DNA of 43,564 bases from Folioceros fuciformis (lineage: Eukaryota). Location of the stretch: contig JBNGIO010005849.1 of assembly GCA_049999805.1 (NCBI GenBank), forward strand, positions 1 through 43,564, in the 5' to 3' direction. Within the stretch, counting starts at the first letter, position 1. Every line of letters starts with the position of its first letter. The translations under genes were made by a program, and so were the position numbers. The notes beneath the pieces were generated by a model, which had not been told where the DNA came from, searched no databases, and saw only the letters and a list, made by a program, of their open reading frames with translations. Below, piece after piece: positions 23,999-34,827 of the stretch.

Positions 23999-25741
23999 CC
24001 TGCAGATGGAGACAAGGAAACACCAACCTCAGCTACATAACCCACGCTCTGCGGCAGAAGGGCGGAAACCTGGAAACAGCCCACACCGTTGCGATCTTTG
24101 ACGAGCACATCCTGACAGGGAAGATTCACACACCGGGTGCTGGGATTCACAAGCTCCGTGACGCCATCGCGGACAGCAGCCGGGGAGGAGGTCAACTCCG
24201 ACGACGCCGTCAGGGCTGTGGAAGCTTGTTGGCAGCCACGCTAGCTCCAAGGAAGCGCTGTTCCGAGTTCCGATGGCTGGGCGGAGAGGGGACAGATTTC
24301 CAACAACAGGCGAGCTCCTCTCCAGAGCTCTGAGAATGCTATGCCCAAAAATATAGGTTCACCCGTCAGGTGTGGGGATGTAGCGACTGGTAACTGGCCA
24401 CACAACCCCGTGACTAGTCCTTGGCAGCCACCAAAGCCGAAAGGACAAGGGAAAGGAAACGGAAAAGGAATCGACGACGATACTCCCGCAACCAGCCATA
24501 CGCAGTTCTTGCCAAACGATGGACACAGTGTGGCCCACGAGTCCGCTTTGAAGGAGACAGGAATCACGATTTCCTACTTCATCGGCCAGTTACCCTACCA
24601 CATCCTGTATGTCCTGTACATATATACTTACATACATACATGCATACNNNNNNNNNNNNNNNNNNNNNNNNNNNNNNNNNNNNNNNNNNNNNNNNNNNNN
24701 NNNNNNNNNNNNNNNNNNNNNNNNNNNNNNNNNNNNNNNNNNNNNNNNNNNNNNNNNNNNNNNNNNNNNNNNNNNNNNNNNNNNNNNNNNNNNNNNNNNN
24801 NNNNNNNNNNNNNNNNNNNNNNNNNNNNNNNNNNNNNNNNNNNNNNNNNNNNNNNNNNNNNNNNNNNNNNNNNNNNNNNNNNNNNNNNNNNNNNNNNNNN
24901 NNNNNNNNNNNNNNNNNNNNNNNNNNNNNNNNNNNNNNNNNNNNNNNNNNNNNNNNNNNNNNNNNNNNNNNNNNNNNNNNNNNNNNNNNNNNNNNNNNNN
25001 NNNNNNNNNNNNNNNNNNNNNNNNNNNNNNNNNNNNNNNNNNNNNNNCACTAGACTTGAGAATAACCTTGTTGCTTTAAATCTTCAGAATGGAGTAAATT
25101 TTAAAATCAAATAAATGTCGTGTGGGACAAACAAACAAAGTTCGGTTAAGGTGTTTCTCTCCAGATTGCAGCTGCCAGCAATGTAGCAGCCCTCAAGCCA
25201 TGAACATCAGTTGATCTACACATACACATGATCAGCAGCACACAATGTGCTGAGCACAGAAGGAAGCAAGCAAAAATGTGAATCTCCTACGCGACATAAA
25301 ACCAGCTCATACATGGTTTCTTAGACGTTGTAGGAATGCCACGATTGATGGGCTGCCGTTGATGGGCAACCTAGAGTAGTGTAAGTCACGTCGGAGCTGC
25401 CAATGAACATAGAAAATCCACAAGCTTTACAACACTCCTGCCCCAAATCGGGTTGGAAATTACAAACTCAAAGCAAGCAAAATCCTTGGTGCGAGGTCAG
25501 GCACTCTCCCTTGGTGCAATTTAGATGACTGCCTTCTACGGCACCCTTTCTAGGGTTTAGCGCTAGCCGCTATGGCTTATGTCAACGACGATTTCAAGTA
25601 TCAGCGGCGATCATGTCACCGTTGGGCTCACACTCTTGGTGTGAGCCCACAAGCAATTCTAAGTGTAATATGAAGCTATATAATTAGTGATAGTGAAGGT
25701 GAGTCCCTATCCTTTCTTTTTGCCCTCTTTAGGGTTTTTTT

Positions 25742-25876
25742 TAAAGGAATACGTGTGTTGGATAGATTATTAGAGTTCAGTAGCTTAGTTAAGCCAAAAG
25801 CTTCATAACATGCCTTTTCATTAGGGTTATGTCGTTTGATTAGGTCAAGATGTTTCATATGTGACTTAAGTTATTT
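25742..25876 (+). repeat. Left LTR-like direct repeat of copia element 2
   Basis: taaaggaatacgtgtgttggatag...gtgacttaagttattt aligns without gaps to 33116-33250 with 10 substitutions by my count. Confidence 0.85.
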
Positions 25877-25877
25877 C

Positions 25878-26530
25878 CCCTTCTTTCAGACTCATCCATC
25901 CCTAGGTCTTCTCGAGCTCGTATTCGATCTTGTTTAAGTAAAGGAGTGGGCTCTTGGCTTTTAGCTCGACCTTGCATCCAGGCGTTTCGAATCGCACCAG
26001 CAACTTTCGCCACCACCATGAGATTTTGCTTAGGTTTGGCCCACCCCTTGGCTTTTTCTCTCTCTACATGCAGTTGTGGGGTTGCCACTGTCGGTACAGG
26101 GTCCTATTTGGCACGTTGTCTCATTGGGGGGCACCGCATTACTACTCATGATGCAGTTCGAGATGTGATGTTCTCAATGGCTAGGGAGTGTGGGTTTCTT
26201 CCGTATAGGGAGCGTCCATATACTTTGCGCAATGGAGTTTCACTTAGAGCCGACCTTTTCTTCACTAGGGGAGAACAGGTTTGTGTTGCTGATGTGGTTG
26301 TTACGGATCCCACTAGGGATTCAATTTGTGATCACATCATCATCAACCCCCATGGTTGGGCAGCAAAGGGTTGTGCAAGTGCCAAAGTCTATAAGTATTC
26401 TCCCTTGCAACACGGGCATACTTTCATCCCCCTTGCTCTTGAGACTCATGGAGCTATGGGCAAGGACTTTTCAAGGTTTATCAAGGAGTGCGCCAAGGTT
26501 TATCAGAGCAATAGGAATGGTGTAGTAGGA
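25878..26530 (+). mobile_element. 3' fragment of a non-LTR retrotransposon with zinc knuckle and restriction-like endonuclease (CRE/R2-group-like)
   Basis: GVGSWLLARP, MRFCLGL, CSCG..YLARC (CCHC-like), THDAVRD (RHD motif), LRADL..VCVADVVVTDP (PD..D core), AKVYKY, FIPLALETHGAMG. This motif order is typical of RLE-type element C-termini. Confidence 0.8.
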
Positions 26531-26911
26531 TGCAAGTTGTGTTGTAATGAATGCACATTTAAAAATGTATTTGAAAGAATACATTTATATTATTTTTTTG
26601 TTTGTTTTGATTTAGAAATAAAGTTTCTTGATCAAGAAACAAGAAATATAAAGAACATATTGTTGTGTTGATTGTTTATATAAATGCACTTATAGTTTCT
26701 ATTAGATTAAGGGAGTGATCCCGATGCATCCCCTCTGATTTGCTACTTCAGCAAAATGAGCAGGAATGCCCTACGATAACTACCTAATCTATAGTTAGAT
26801 TATTAGTGGCATCTATATAGAAATTAGAATGTTTAAAAGAAAATTCTAACAACACAAAAATCTAGCCTGATGAATGGCCGATCGAGTGGATGGCTGGCCT
26901 TGCCTTGCTGA

Positions 26912-27433
26912 ACGGATTCAATATCAAAATCGTCACAGGGGCCAGAAGTCATTGCGCAAACATCATGGAATGTTGTAGCAGAACAACTTTCACAAAGAAA
27001 CCACAATCAGAGAGGTTTTCTAATAACTCATGTTTCCCAATCACCTACTATTGACCAATTGATAAACAGGATCGAGGCACATCAACAAGTTGACAAACGT
27101 TTTGACACTATCTCACATAGAATAATTGCAGTGACTGTTGATCTGCATGATTTGATCGAAAAGATAGATCATTTGGACTTTAAGTTGCTAACCTTATTTA
27201 AGCCTACTCCACTTGCTAATCCTGCATTCAGAGGAGTAGCTTGTAAGCACGCTAAGAAAACAAGTAGAGCTCACACATTTAACAGTCCAAATTCGTGCCT
27301 CTCTTGTACAACGTATGCGTACAATATGTGGGAGATTAGAAACCAGAAAATTGGGAACATTGCACAACATCAGGGGTTAGTAAACACACCAGTAGACAAC
27401 AGGTTGCCTAACCTTGCTGCTAACATTCTCTGA
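26912..27433 (+). other. Extra open frame (173 codons, no upstream ATG) immediately before gag of copia element 2
   Basis: Stop-free from 26912 to TGA 27431-27433. Heptad-like stretch FDTISHRIIAVTVDLHDLIEKIDHLDFKL, followed by C-K-H and C-L-S-C. Confidence 0.4.
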
Positions 27434-27546
27434 CTTTGCTTCTGAAGTGGTATGTGCCTGAGGTCCTAGAGAACAGACCAACAAGGTTAGTCATTTTAGC
27501 ATCTTAGTATTTTGGGAGTAGCTAACCCAAGGTTCAAAAGAGGAAA

Positions 27547-30500
27547 ATGGCTGATCCCTCATCTAACTATGGTGAGGAAGGGTTTAGGGAAAAGGACAGA
27601 TTTGATCGGTATGATTACGACATATGGATAATCAAAATGCGTGGAGCTTTACAAAACAAAAAAGCTTCAGAAGATAGCTATGGGCGATGGAGATTTCCCA
27701 GCAACTTCCACCACACCCACCACTGCTAAAAAGATGAAACAGGACGAATGGGTGGCTAAGGATGAAGCTGCCATGTTCCTGATCCGAAGTGGTTTAACCT
27801 CAGATATGCTGAGGCAGACATCCGGATGTAAAACCTCAGCTGAAATCTAGACACAACTTCAGAACCTATACTTAGGCAGCAACACAACAAGTCAGTTGAC
27901 AGCCTTGCGAAATTTGCAAAATTGCAAGATGAGAGATGTAGAATCAGTAGAGAAGCACCTCGGTCATTTCAAGACACTTGTCTCCAAATTGGAGAGTGCC
28001 TCTAATAAGAGTGTCAAGGAAGACATGCTAACCTTGTACTTCTTACTATCTCTCCCAGAATCATGGTCACATTTCATGACATCTTTTAATGCTTCACATC
28101 TTCAGACCTCAAAATTGGCAAAGGCTGCGAATGTTACACTTCCAGAAACCACCTTTATAGAGTTAGTGGGATGGGATCATTGCTCTAAGAAGAAGCAACA
28201 AAGGGTTCCAGTAGACGTTCTGGAAAACAGCAAGCCCTCTACACATCCAATAAGGGACGTGGAGGAGGAAAACCCTACAACAGAGGTGGAGGCAGTTCAT
28301 CTAGAGGTGGTGGCTCACAAGGACAAGGAGCCAGCCAAAGGAAACCAAAAAGGACAGGAAGCTGCAATTGGTATAAGTTATCTGGTCACTAGGAACATGA
28401 GTGTAGAAAGAAGCAAGTTGGTGTTCCTCGCAAGGAGGGTTCATCTGTTGCTAAAACTCACGTGGTTATGAAGAAACAACCTATCCCTTCAGCCCTCACA
28501 GTAGGTACACGAGTTTTTGCAAGTTCATACTTGCTTCCTACTTGCCTATCAACAAAATTAGAGGTTAGACCAGTTGTGGACTAGTACTTAGATACAGGTG
28601 CTACAGCCCACATTTGTTTCGACAAAGGATCTTTTCAAACATATTAGTCATTTAAGGATCAATATCTTTACCTAGGTGATGACAAATCCCTAGTGTCCCT
28701 TGGTTGTGGCACAATAGTCTTATCAGTTCCGTCAGGTGTAGTACTAACTCTACATGACGTTTATTACATGCCAGGCATGACTAGAAATTTAATTTCAATC
28801 AGAAAGTTGAATGCTGACAATAATTGTTACATGCTATTCACGAGAACAGAATGTCAATTGCTGGATGCATTTGATCATAGAGAGATACTTGCCTATGGTT
28901 ATGAAGACCATGATTGGTTTCGTCTTCATATTAATAGTGGTGTCCCAACTTCTCACTTCACTCGAGACGTCACCACTATGTCTGCACAACAAATTGACAA
29001 ATCTAAGTTGTGGCATACAAGGTTAGGTCACCCTCACATAGCAAAACTACAGAGGTTGTTTAGCGGATTGTAAGCTCATCAGGATTGTAAACCTGCAAGC
29101 TCTGATACCATTTAGCGGATTGTAAGGTCATCAGGATTGTAAACCTCCAAGCTCTGATACCATTTAGCGGATTGTGTGTGTGCTGATGCATGGGCACGGG
29201 AACGAGAGAGCGCAAGGGGCAAGCAAGCAAAAAAAACGGTTATATTTCATTTCACAAGAAAGTATATATATATAACTAGGTATTTAATTAAGTATATAAC
29301 CTGATTACAAAACTAACCTACTTACTAACATGATTTCCTTTAGGTTGGCTGTTAGTGACTTTTACCAAGATGGATTAATTGGAACATTGGCTCCACTTTC
29401 ACTTTGTGAATCTTGTGTTCTTTCCAAGGGACAGCAAGCTGCTTTTAAGAATAAAGCACCTCACAGGGCTACAGAGGTTTTAGAACTTGCTTCATACATA
29501 TCTGTGTGGCCCACTCTCACAGGAGTCTATAGGTGGTGGGAGATACTTCCTTACTTTTACAGATGACGAAAGCAGGTTTGTCACCACCTACATCCTGAAG
29601 CAGAAAAGTGAGTGTTTTAGACATTTCAGAGATTACCTCAAGTATGCTGAAAGGTGGATTGGAAAGCAACTTAAAACCTTGAGATCAGATAATGGGGGAG
29701 AGTTTACCTCAAATGAATTTCAGGCTTTTTGTGGGCTGAAGGCATTGGTCGACAACAATAGTTGTCTATACTCCTCAACAAAATGAAGTCGCTGAGCGTC
29801 TTAACCTAACTTTGCGGGAGATGACATCTTCCTTGCTACATCATGCTCAGCTTCCCTTGTCATATTAGGCAGAAGCCATTGTGACTTCAACATATCTCAA
29901 AAACCGGTTACCCACAACTTCTATTGTTGACCAAACCCCTTATGAGGCTTTCACAGGTCGCAAACCATCAGTTCAACACTTGCGAACTTTTGGTTGCGTG
30001 GCTTAAGCCTTCATACCTAAGGAGAAGAGGAAAAAGTTGTCTGATAAGGCTAAAAAACTTCTCATGTTAGGCTACACATAAGGAATCAAAGCCTACAAGC
30101 TTTATGATGTCCGTAAGAACAAGATTGTGTATGCTAGAAGTGTTACTTTTGATGACAATCGCACCTGGGCATCAGTGGAATATGTTGAGGATCATGTTCT
30201 CAACGATAATGAAGACTCAACAGGTTTTGTTGATTCACATTTTGATCAAATAGATCACGGAACTCAACCCATTCAACATGAGAACGTTGTTACTACAGGT
30301 GGGGAAGACATAGCAGATTTTGAGTTTGTAGACACTAACGAGGCAGGTGTAGTTGAACCCGAAACCATACCTACACCTGAAGATCCAAATCAGCCAGTCT
30401 TACATGAACAACATCCTTCTGTTGTTGCAGAAGAACAAAATGCTCAAGCAGTACTGGAATTGGATGATGATCCTAGTTCCACCCAGCCTATACAAGAACC

Positions 30501-31981
30501 TCAGCCTGTAGAACCATCTAGACAATATCCATCTCGTCATAGGCAACCTCCAGATTATTACCGTGCATCCGATTTTAGAGTCACTTCCTCACATGTGGAA
30601 GTTAATGCTACAATGTCCCTGGATCATGTCGAACCACAATCCTATCAAGAAGCATTGCGTAGACCTGACCACATCGAGTGGGAGAAAGCTATTCAATCAA
30701 AATATGACTCCTTAATCGAAAACGGCACATGGGAGCTTGCAGAATTGCCACCAGGCAGAAAGTTGGTTTCTTGCAAATGGGTCTTTAAGTTGAAAGTAAA
30801 GGCAGATGGTACCTTTGATAGGTACAAGGTTCGCTTGGTCGCAAGGGGTTTCTCTCAAGTCCCTGGACTGGACTATCTTGATACTTTCGCTCCATTCGTC
30901 AAGCTTGCCACCCTCAGAACAATTCTTGCTATATCCACACACTATAATTATGAGCTGCAAATGTATGACGTCAAAACAGCATTTCTACAGGGGAAATTGG
31001 ACACAGAGATATACATGCAGCAACCTCTAGGATATGAGGTAAAAAGAAAAGAGAATCATGCTTGCCGGCTAATTAAATGCTTGTATGGCTTGAAGCAATC
31101 AGCTATGAAATGGAACGCAGCTTTAGATACAAAGTTGTTGGAGTTAGGCTTCACCAAGAGCAAGGCGGATAGCAGTCTGTATGTTTACATAAAGGGAGAC
31201 GTGATATGCTACCTTGTAGTTTATGTGGACGACCTGATCCTCTCCAGCAATAGCCAAGTCTTTATAACAAGTATTACAGATATGCTAGCCACAAAATTCA
31301 AGATGTCTAGCCTAGGCCCCTTACAGAGCTGCCTAGGTATTCATATTCAAAGAAACAGGTAGACTCATGTAATGACACTATCTCAGCCACGTTACCTTAT
31401 GGATAGTGCTGAGTAGTTAGGCCTTAAGGATGCAAAGCCCGCTTCTACCCCTCTGACCACATGACTTAAGCTCAGTCGGAGTATGTCTCCCTCTCCACAA
31501 GTAGAAAAGGATCAAATGTCAAAGATACCTTACAAAAATGGAGTAGGTAAGTTGATATATGCATCGAATACAACAAGGCTAGAGGTGGCTTATGCAACGA
31601 GTGCTTTATCACAGTTCTTGGAAAATCCGGGTCCAGAACATTGGGCCAGTCTGAAATGTGTCTTTAGGTACTTGAAAGGGACACCAACTTTGGGGATCTC
31701 CTACAGACAAAAGATTGGACAAACCCTAGACATAGAAGTCTACACAATGCTGAAGGTACATACTCGAGTGCTATAGACCTTTTGAACCATAGCACTCGAG
31801 TATGTATCCTTTTGACACTCGAGTACCTTTTAGCGCTCGAGTATGTATCATAACACAAAGCAACCCAGCAGACATTCTCACAAAGGCACTTAGCAGAGAT
31901 GCTCACCAAAGACATGTCCAATGCTTAGGGATGGGAGAGTCAGCAGCTCTCTTATCCAGAAGCAACAGCAGTTCGATATAA
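27547..31981 (+). pseudogene. Copia gag-pol of element 2 with multiple stops and frameshifts; most of RNase H deleted
   Basis: Gag DYDIWIIKMRGAL, LLSLPESW; knuckle CNWYKLSGH*EHEC; protease YLDTGATAH; LWHTRLGHP..CESC; LRSDNGGEF; RT YKVRLVARGFSQ, YDVKTAFL, VYVDDL (31219-31236); RNase H remnant NPADILTKAL at 31862; stop TAA 31979-31981. Confidence 0.95.
29059..29342 (-). mobile_element. Nested solo-LTR-like insertion with two tRNA-iMet PBS copies and a 5-bp TSD (ggttg)
   Basis: ggttg at 29054-29058 and 29343-29347. Removing the insert restores HPHIAKLQRL-AVSDFY...LCESC. gctctgatacca (reverse complement of TGGTATCAGAGC) lies at 29099-29110 and 29151-29162. Confidence 0.88.
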
Positions 31982-31992
31982 TGCCCTAAGGC

Positions 31993-32830
31993 CTAAAAAC
32001 ACGAGTCAAAGCTACTATGGTCAGAGGAGTAGCCAAAGTCTACTGACTCTCTAGAACGCGGAGACTCGGGTTCGGACTCCTCCTCTTCTTCGTAGGAGTC
32101 ATGGCCATAACTACTAACAAGGGAAAAACTTTCATATGATCTTGGAGAGTTGCGGCGACAACGTTCTTCATAAGAAACATGTTTCTCATACTCGAGATCA
32201 GCTTCTTCCTTGAGTCTTATATTAGACCCTGTACAAAAGAAGTGGGAGCAAGCGTAAGATATTACCACAAGACAGAATAACAGGATCAACCAGAACATGA
32301 AAGGTTCACAGATGCTTACTATATGGGCTCACGATGTAACAAGGATAGGTTCTACAGATGTGCACGCCAACTCTTTTCATGGTGATCTCTGTGCAGCCTA
32401 GCCACACCTTGTACCATACAGGTGAGCGAGGGTGCTTCATAGTCCCACAACTGACAATTCTTGTCTCACGATCTGTGCCAGTAGGTTTAGGGAACACAAT
32501 AGGTAAAGCAGAACGAGACTCATCATTATAGTAGGCAAAATTGGGTAGTTTCAGTGTCGCAGCCGCCGTCTTTGCCTTGGGCGCAGGTGGGGCAGAAGGG
32601 CAACCCATGTCCCAGTTTGCCTTGAACACAATAGCCTCAATGGTCTTGCACTGCTCCAGGAACTCCTTAGTGGTACCCTTGGGCCTCTGTACTCCCCGCT
32701 TAACACCTTTTGCAGCAGTCGGTGTCGAAGCTCCAAGAGTGGTAGTTGTCTTAGCAGCAAACCTGCCCTTGGAATCTTGTATCTAGTGGCACTTAGGACT
32801 AGGCTCATAGTTGCAATCTGAGGAAGCCAT
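31993..32830 (-). pseudogene. Antisense extra ORF between pol and the 3' LTR of copia element 2
   Basis: caccATGGCT at 32830 gives MASSDCNYEPSPKCH*IQDSKGRFAAKTT..., in frame with ORF 32306-32629. It continues past TGA as TFHVLVDPVILSCGN, then shifts frame to an acidic, Ser-rich tail ending at 31993. Confidence 0.65.
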
Positions 32831-32879
32831 GGTGATGAGAAGGAAAGAGATCCTGTGTTGTAGTAGCTCGGAGAGTGAG

Positions 32880-32915
32880 AGTGAAATGAAATGAAAAAAA
32901 GCCAGCGTTATATAA
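32880..32915 (-). promoter_or_regulatory. Putative core promoter of the antisense ORF
   Basis: TATATAA (32914-32908), followed on the minus strand by pyrimidine-rich ttcatttcactctcactctc and an ATG about 80 nt downstream. Confidence 0.55.
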
Positions 32916-33115
32916 GGGACGCGCACCTCATCTCTACCAACTTCACACTAGCGCATATCATCTTGATCAGAATTGACAAGAATGCGAGAGCGAAACCGAG
33001 TACAGGAGATGTTGGCTATGAAGCTTGAAATTGAAGGCACAGTTGAACCACAGTCTCACGAGTAGCCTCCAGCAGATTGAAGACTGTACAAGAAATCATT
33101 ACCAACAAGTGGGAG

Positions 33116-33250
33116 TAAAGGAATACGTGTGTTGGATAGATGATTAGGGATCAAAAGTTTAGTTAAGCCAAAAGCTTCATAACGTGCCTTTTCATTAGGG
33201 TTACGTCATTTGATTAGGTCACGATGTTTCATATGTGACTTAAGTTATTT
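33116..33250 (+). repeat. Right (3') LTR-like direct repeat of copia element 2
   Basis: Directly follows PPT aagtgggag (33107-33115), the same 9-mer as the PPT of element 1. Confidence 0.85.
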
Positions 33251-34827
33251 TCATGACACATATACATACGAATGTATTCTTGACATAATGTAATTATCTT
33301 ATATGTTTAATTGATTTGTATCTACCTAAATTTGTTAGTTTTCTTAAGTCTTGGGATAGAAAGACCTTTCCATCCTTTTTCCAAAATGAAGGCTCCATTT
33401 TATTAACCAAGGGCATCCTTCCCTTAAACAACCTTATCGAACTACTTTCCTTTTAGGGACCTACTTCTAAATATTGAGTTATTTCTTAAAGCATATGGTT
33501 TCCCTTATTTACATCCATGAGTACTAACATCCCACTATTGGGAGGAGAAAGGTCTATTGTTGATGCCAACTCTCTTATTAAACTATATTCCTTGCTAAAA
33601 AAATAGACTAATATACGAGTATAAATACTCGTAGATAATGTATGAATGAACTAATATAGAATAAATCTATTAAATATGAAATATTATGAGCAAGAAGTAA
33701 AGCTTTCCTCACGGAAGATGAGTAGGTGCATAGTAATTATCAGAGTAGTGTAGGAGTCCATGTCTTTCGAAACGGCGTTCCTAAGTTCTTGCCAGACAAA
33801 CAGTACTTACTTGTGCGGGATGCAAATGCGGAGCGGATCTACCTTAAGAATATGAGATACCATGCGTAAGAAGTGAAGCTTTCGTAACTGAAGGTGAGTA
33901 GGTGCATGTTAGTTACCCCCGGTTATAGGTTGCGTACAGAAAGCCACGCGTTACTTCCGAGCGTGCTAAGCGGGATAAACCCCAAGGTGTTTAAACCGGG
34001 CCAGAGAGTCTATTTAGAGTATCCGCCCCCGTCAGCAAAACCATCTTGGATCCTACGCACAGCACCGCACGACTCCAACTTAGCAGCTGACCTTGAGACC
34101 AGATTGCTTTGTTCCTGACCGCTTCGCCCTGCCTGTGATACAATCAAGACCTGGTATACCGTGTTGTCGAGCTCGCACCCCTTGCTGAGCTCACCCCGCC
34201 ATCCTGTCCTTCGCGTTCCCGCCATTTTTATCCTTTCGGCTCGCAGGCAGCACTTGGCGGGGCCGCCCGCCCATCCTCACCCGACCTGCCCGATCCCTAG
34301 GTTGCACAGCAGCGAGCAGGTACAATGCCGCTACGTCGGCTCGTCTGGTCGCCGTGCACGGTCCAGCGGCTGCCCGATCCGATCCGCACTTGGGACTGCC
34401 CTTTCTTTTCCTTGTTATTTTTGCTCACCACTGGTCGGTCCCGTTCCCATCAGAGCTTGGTTTGTGTGTTTGATTTGTGTGTTTGTGTGTGTGTCACGGA
34501 ATCACAGGTTGGAGATCTTGCCGAAGAGCACGAGCTTGAGTCGGGGTAGCTCAGCATTTGGTCCTCGAAGCTGACGGGTAACGCGGTGTGGATAGGGGAT
34601 TCATGTTCTTGGAAAGATCGGTGAAATCGTGCGCTCGTGTGAGCGGGTTGGGAGGGAGCTCATGTTTTTGGCAGTGGCATTATGCTTCGCAGGGTGTGGT
34701 TGTCGGGAGCGCGGTGCGCCGGCGTCGTTTGAGGTCGGCGGGATCGGAATTGTAGAATTTTGCACCGGAGTAGCCTGGAGTCAGGAGGTAATCGACGAGA
34801 GGGGATGTATGAGGCGGGAGAGATTGG

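Larger units (their letters stand above)
25742..33250 (+). mobile_element. Ty1/copia LTR retrotransposon 2 (decayed, with extra ORFs and nested insertions)
   Basis: 135-bp direct repeats at both ends, a PPT before the right copy, and copia gag-pol between them. No PBS was found after the left copy, so the 5' structure is less certain. Confidence 0.8.

Noticed and set aside
25048-25060. CACTA at the gap edge as a possible En/Spm terminus
   Set aside because: Only a 5-mer beside a gap; no partner TIR or subterminal repeats identified.
24341-25114. ORFs running through the 400-N gap
   Set aside because: Their length is an artefact of Ns, and the gap is preceded by a TACA-type microsatellite.
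29059-29175. Repeat-spacer-like pattern resembling a CRISPR array
   Set aside because: The units are whole tandem duplicates with no unique spacers, contain a retroelement PBS, and sit in a eukaryotic context with no cas genes.
33614-33633. Hairpin tacgagtat-aa-atactcgta
   Set aside because: Short, in AT-rich DNA, with no CTRR terminus or partner end; plausible by chance.
33918-34000. Possible cloverleaf (cccggtt...aaccggg with inner stems) upstream of the ORP gene
   Set aside because: No tRNA A/B boxes or T-loop consensus; stems are short.
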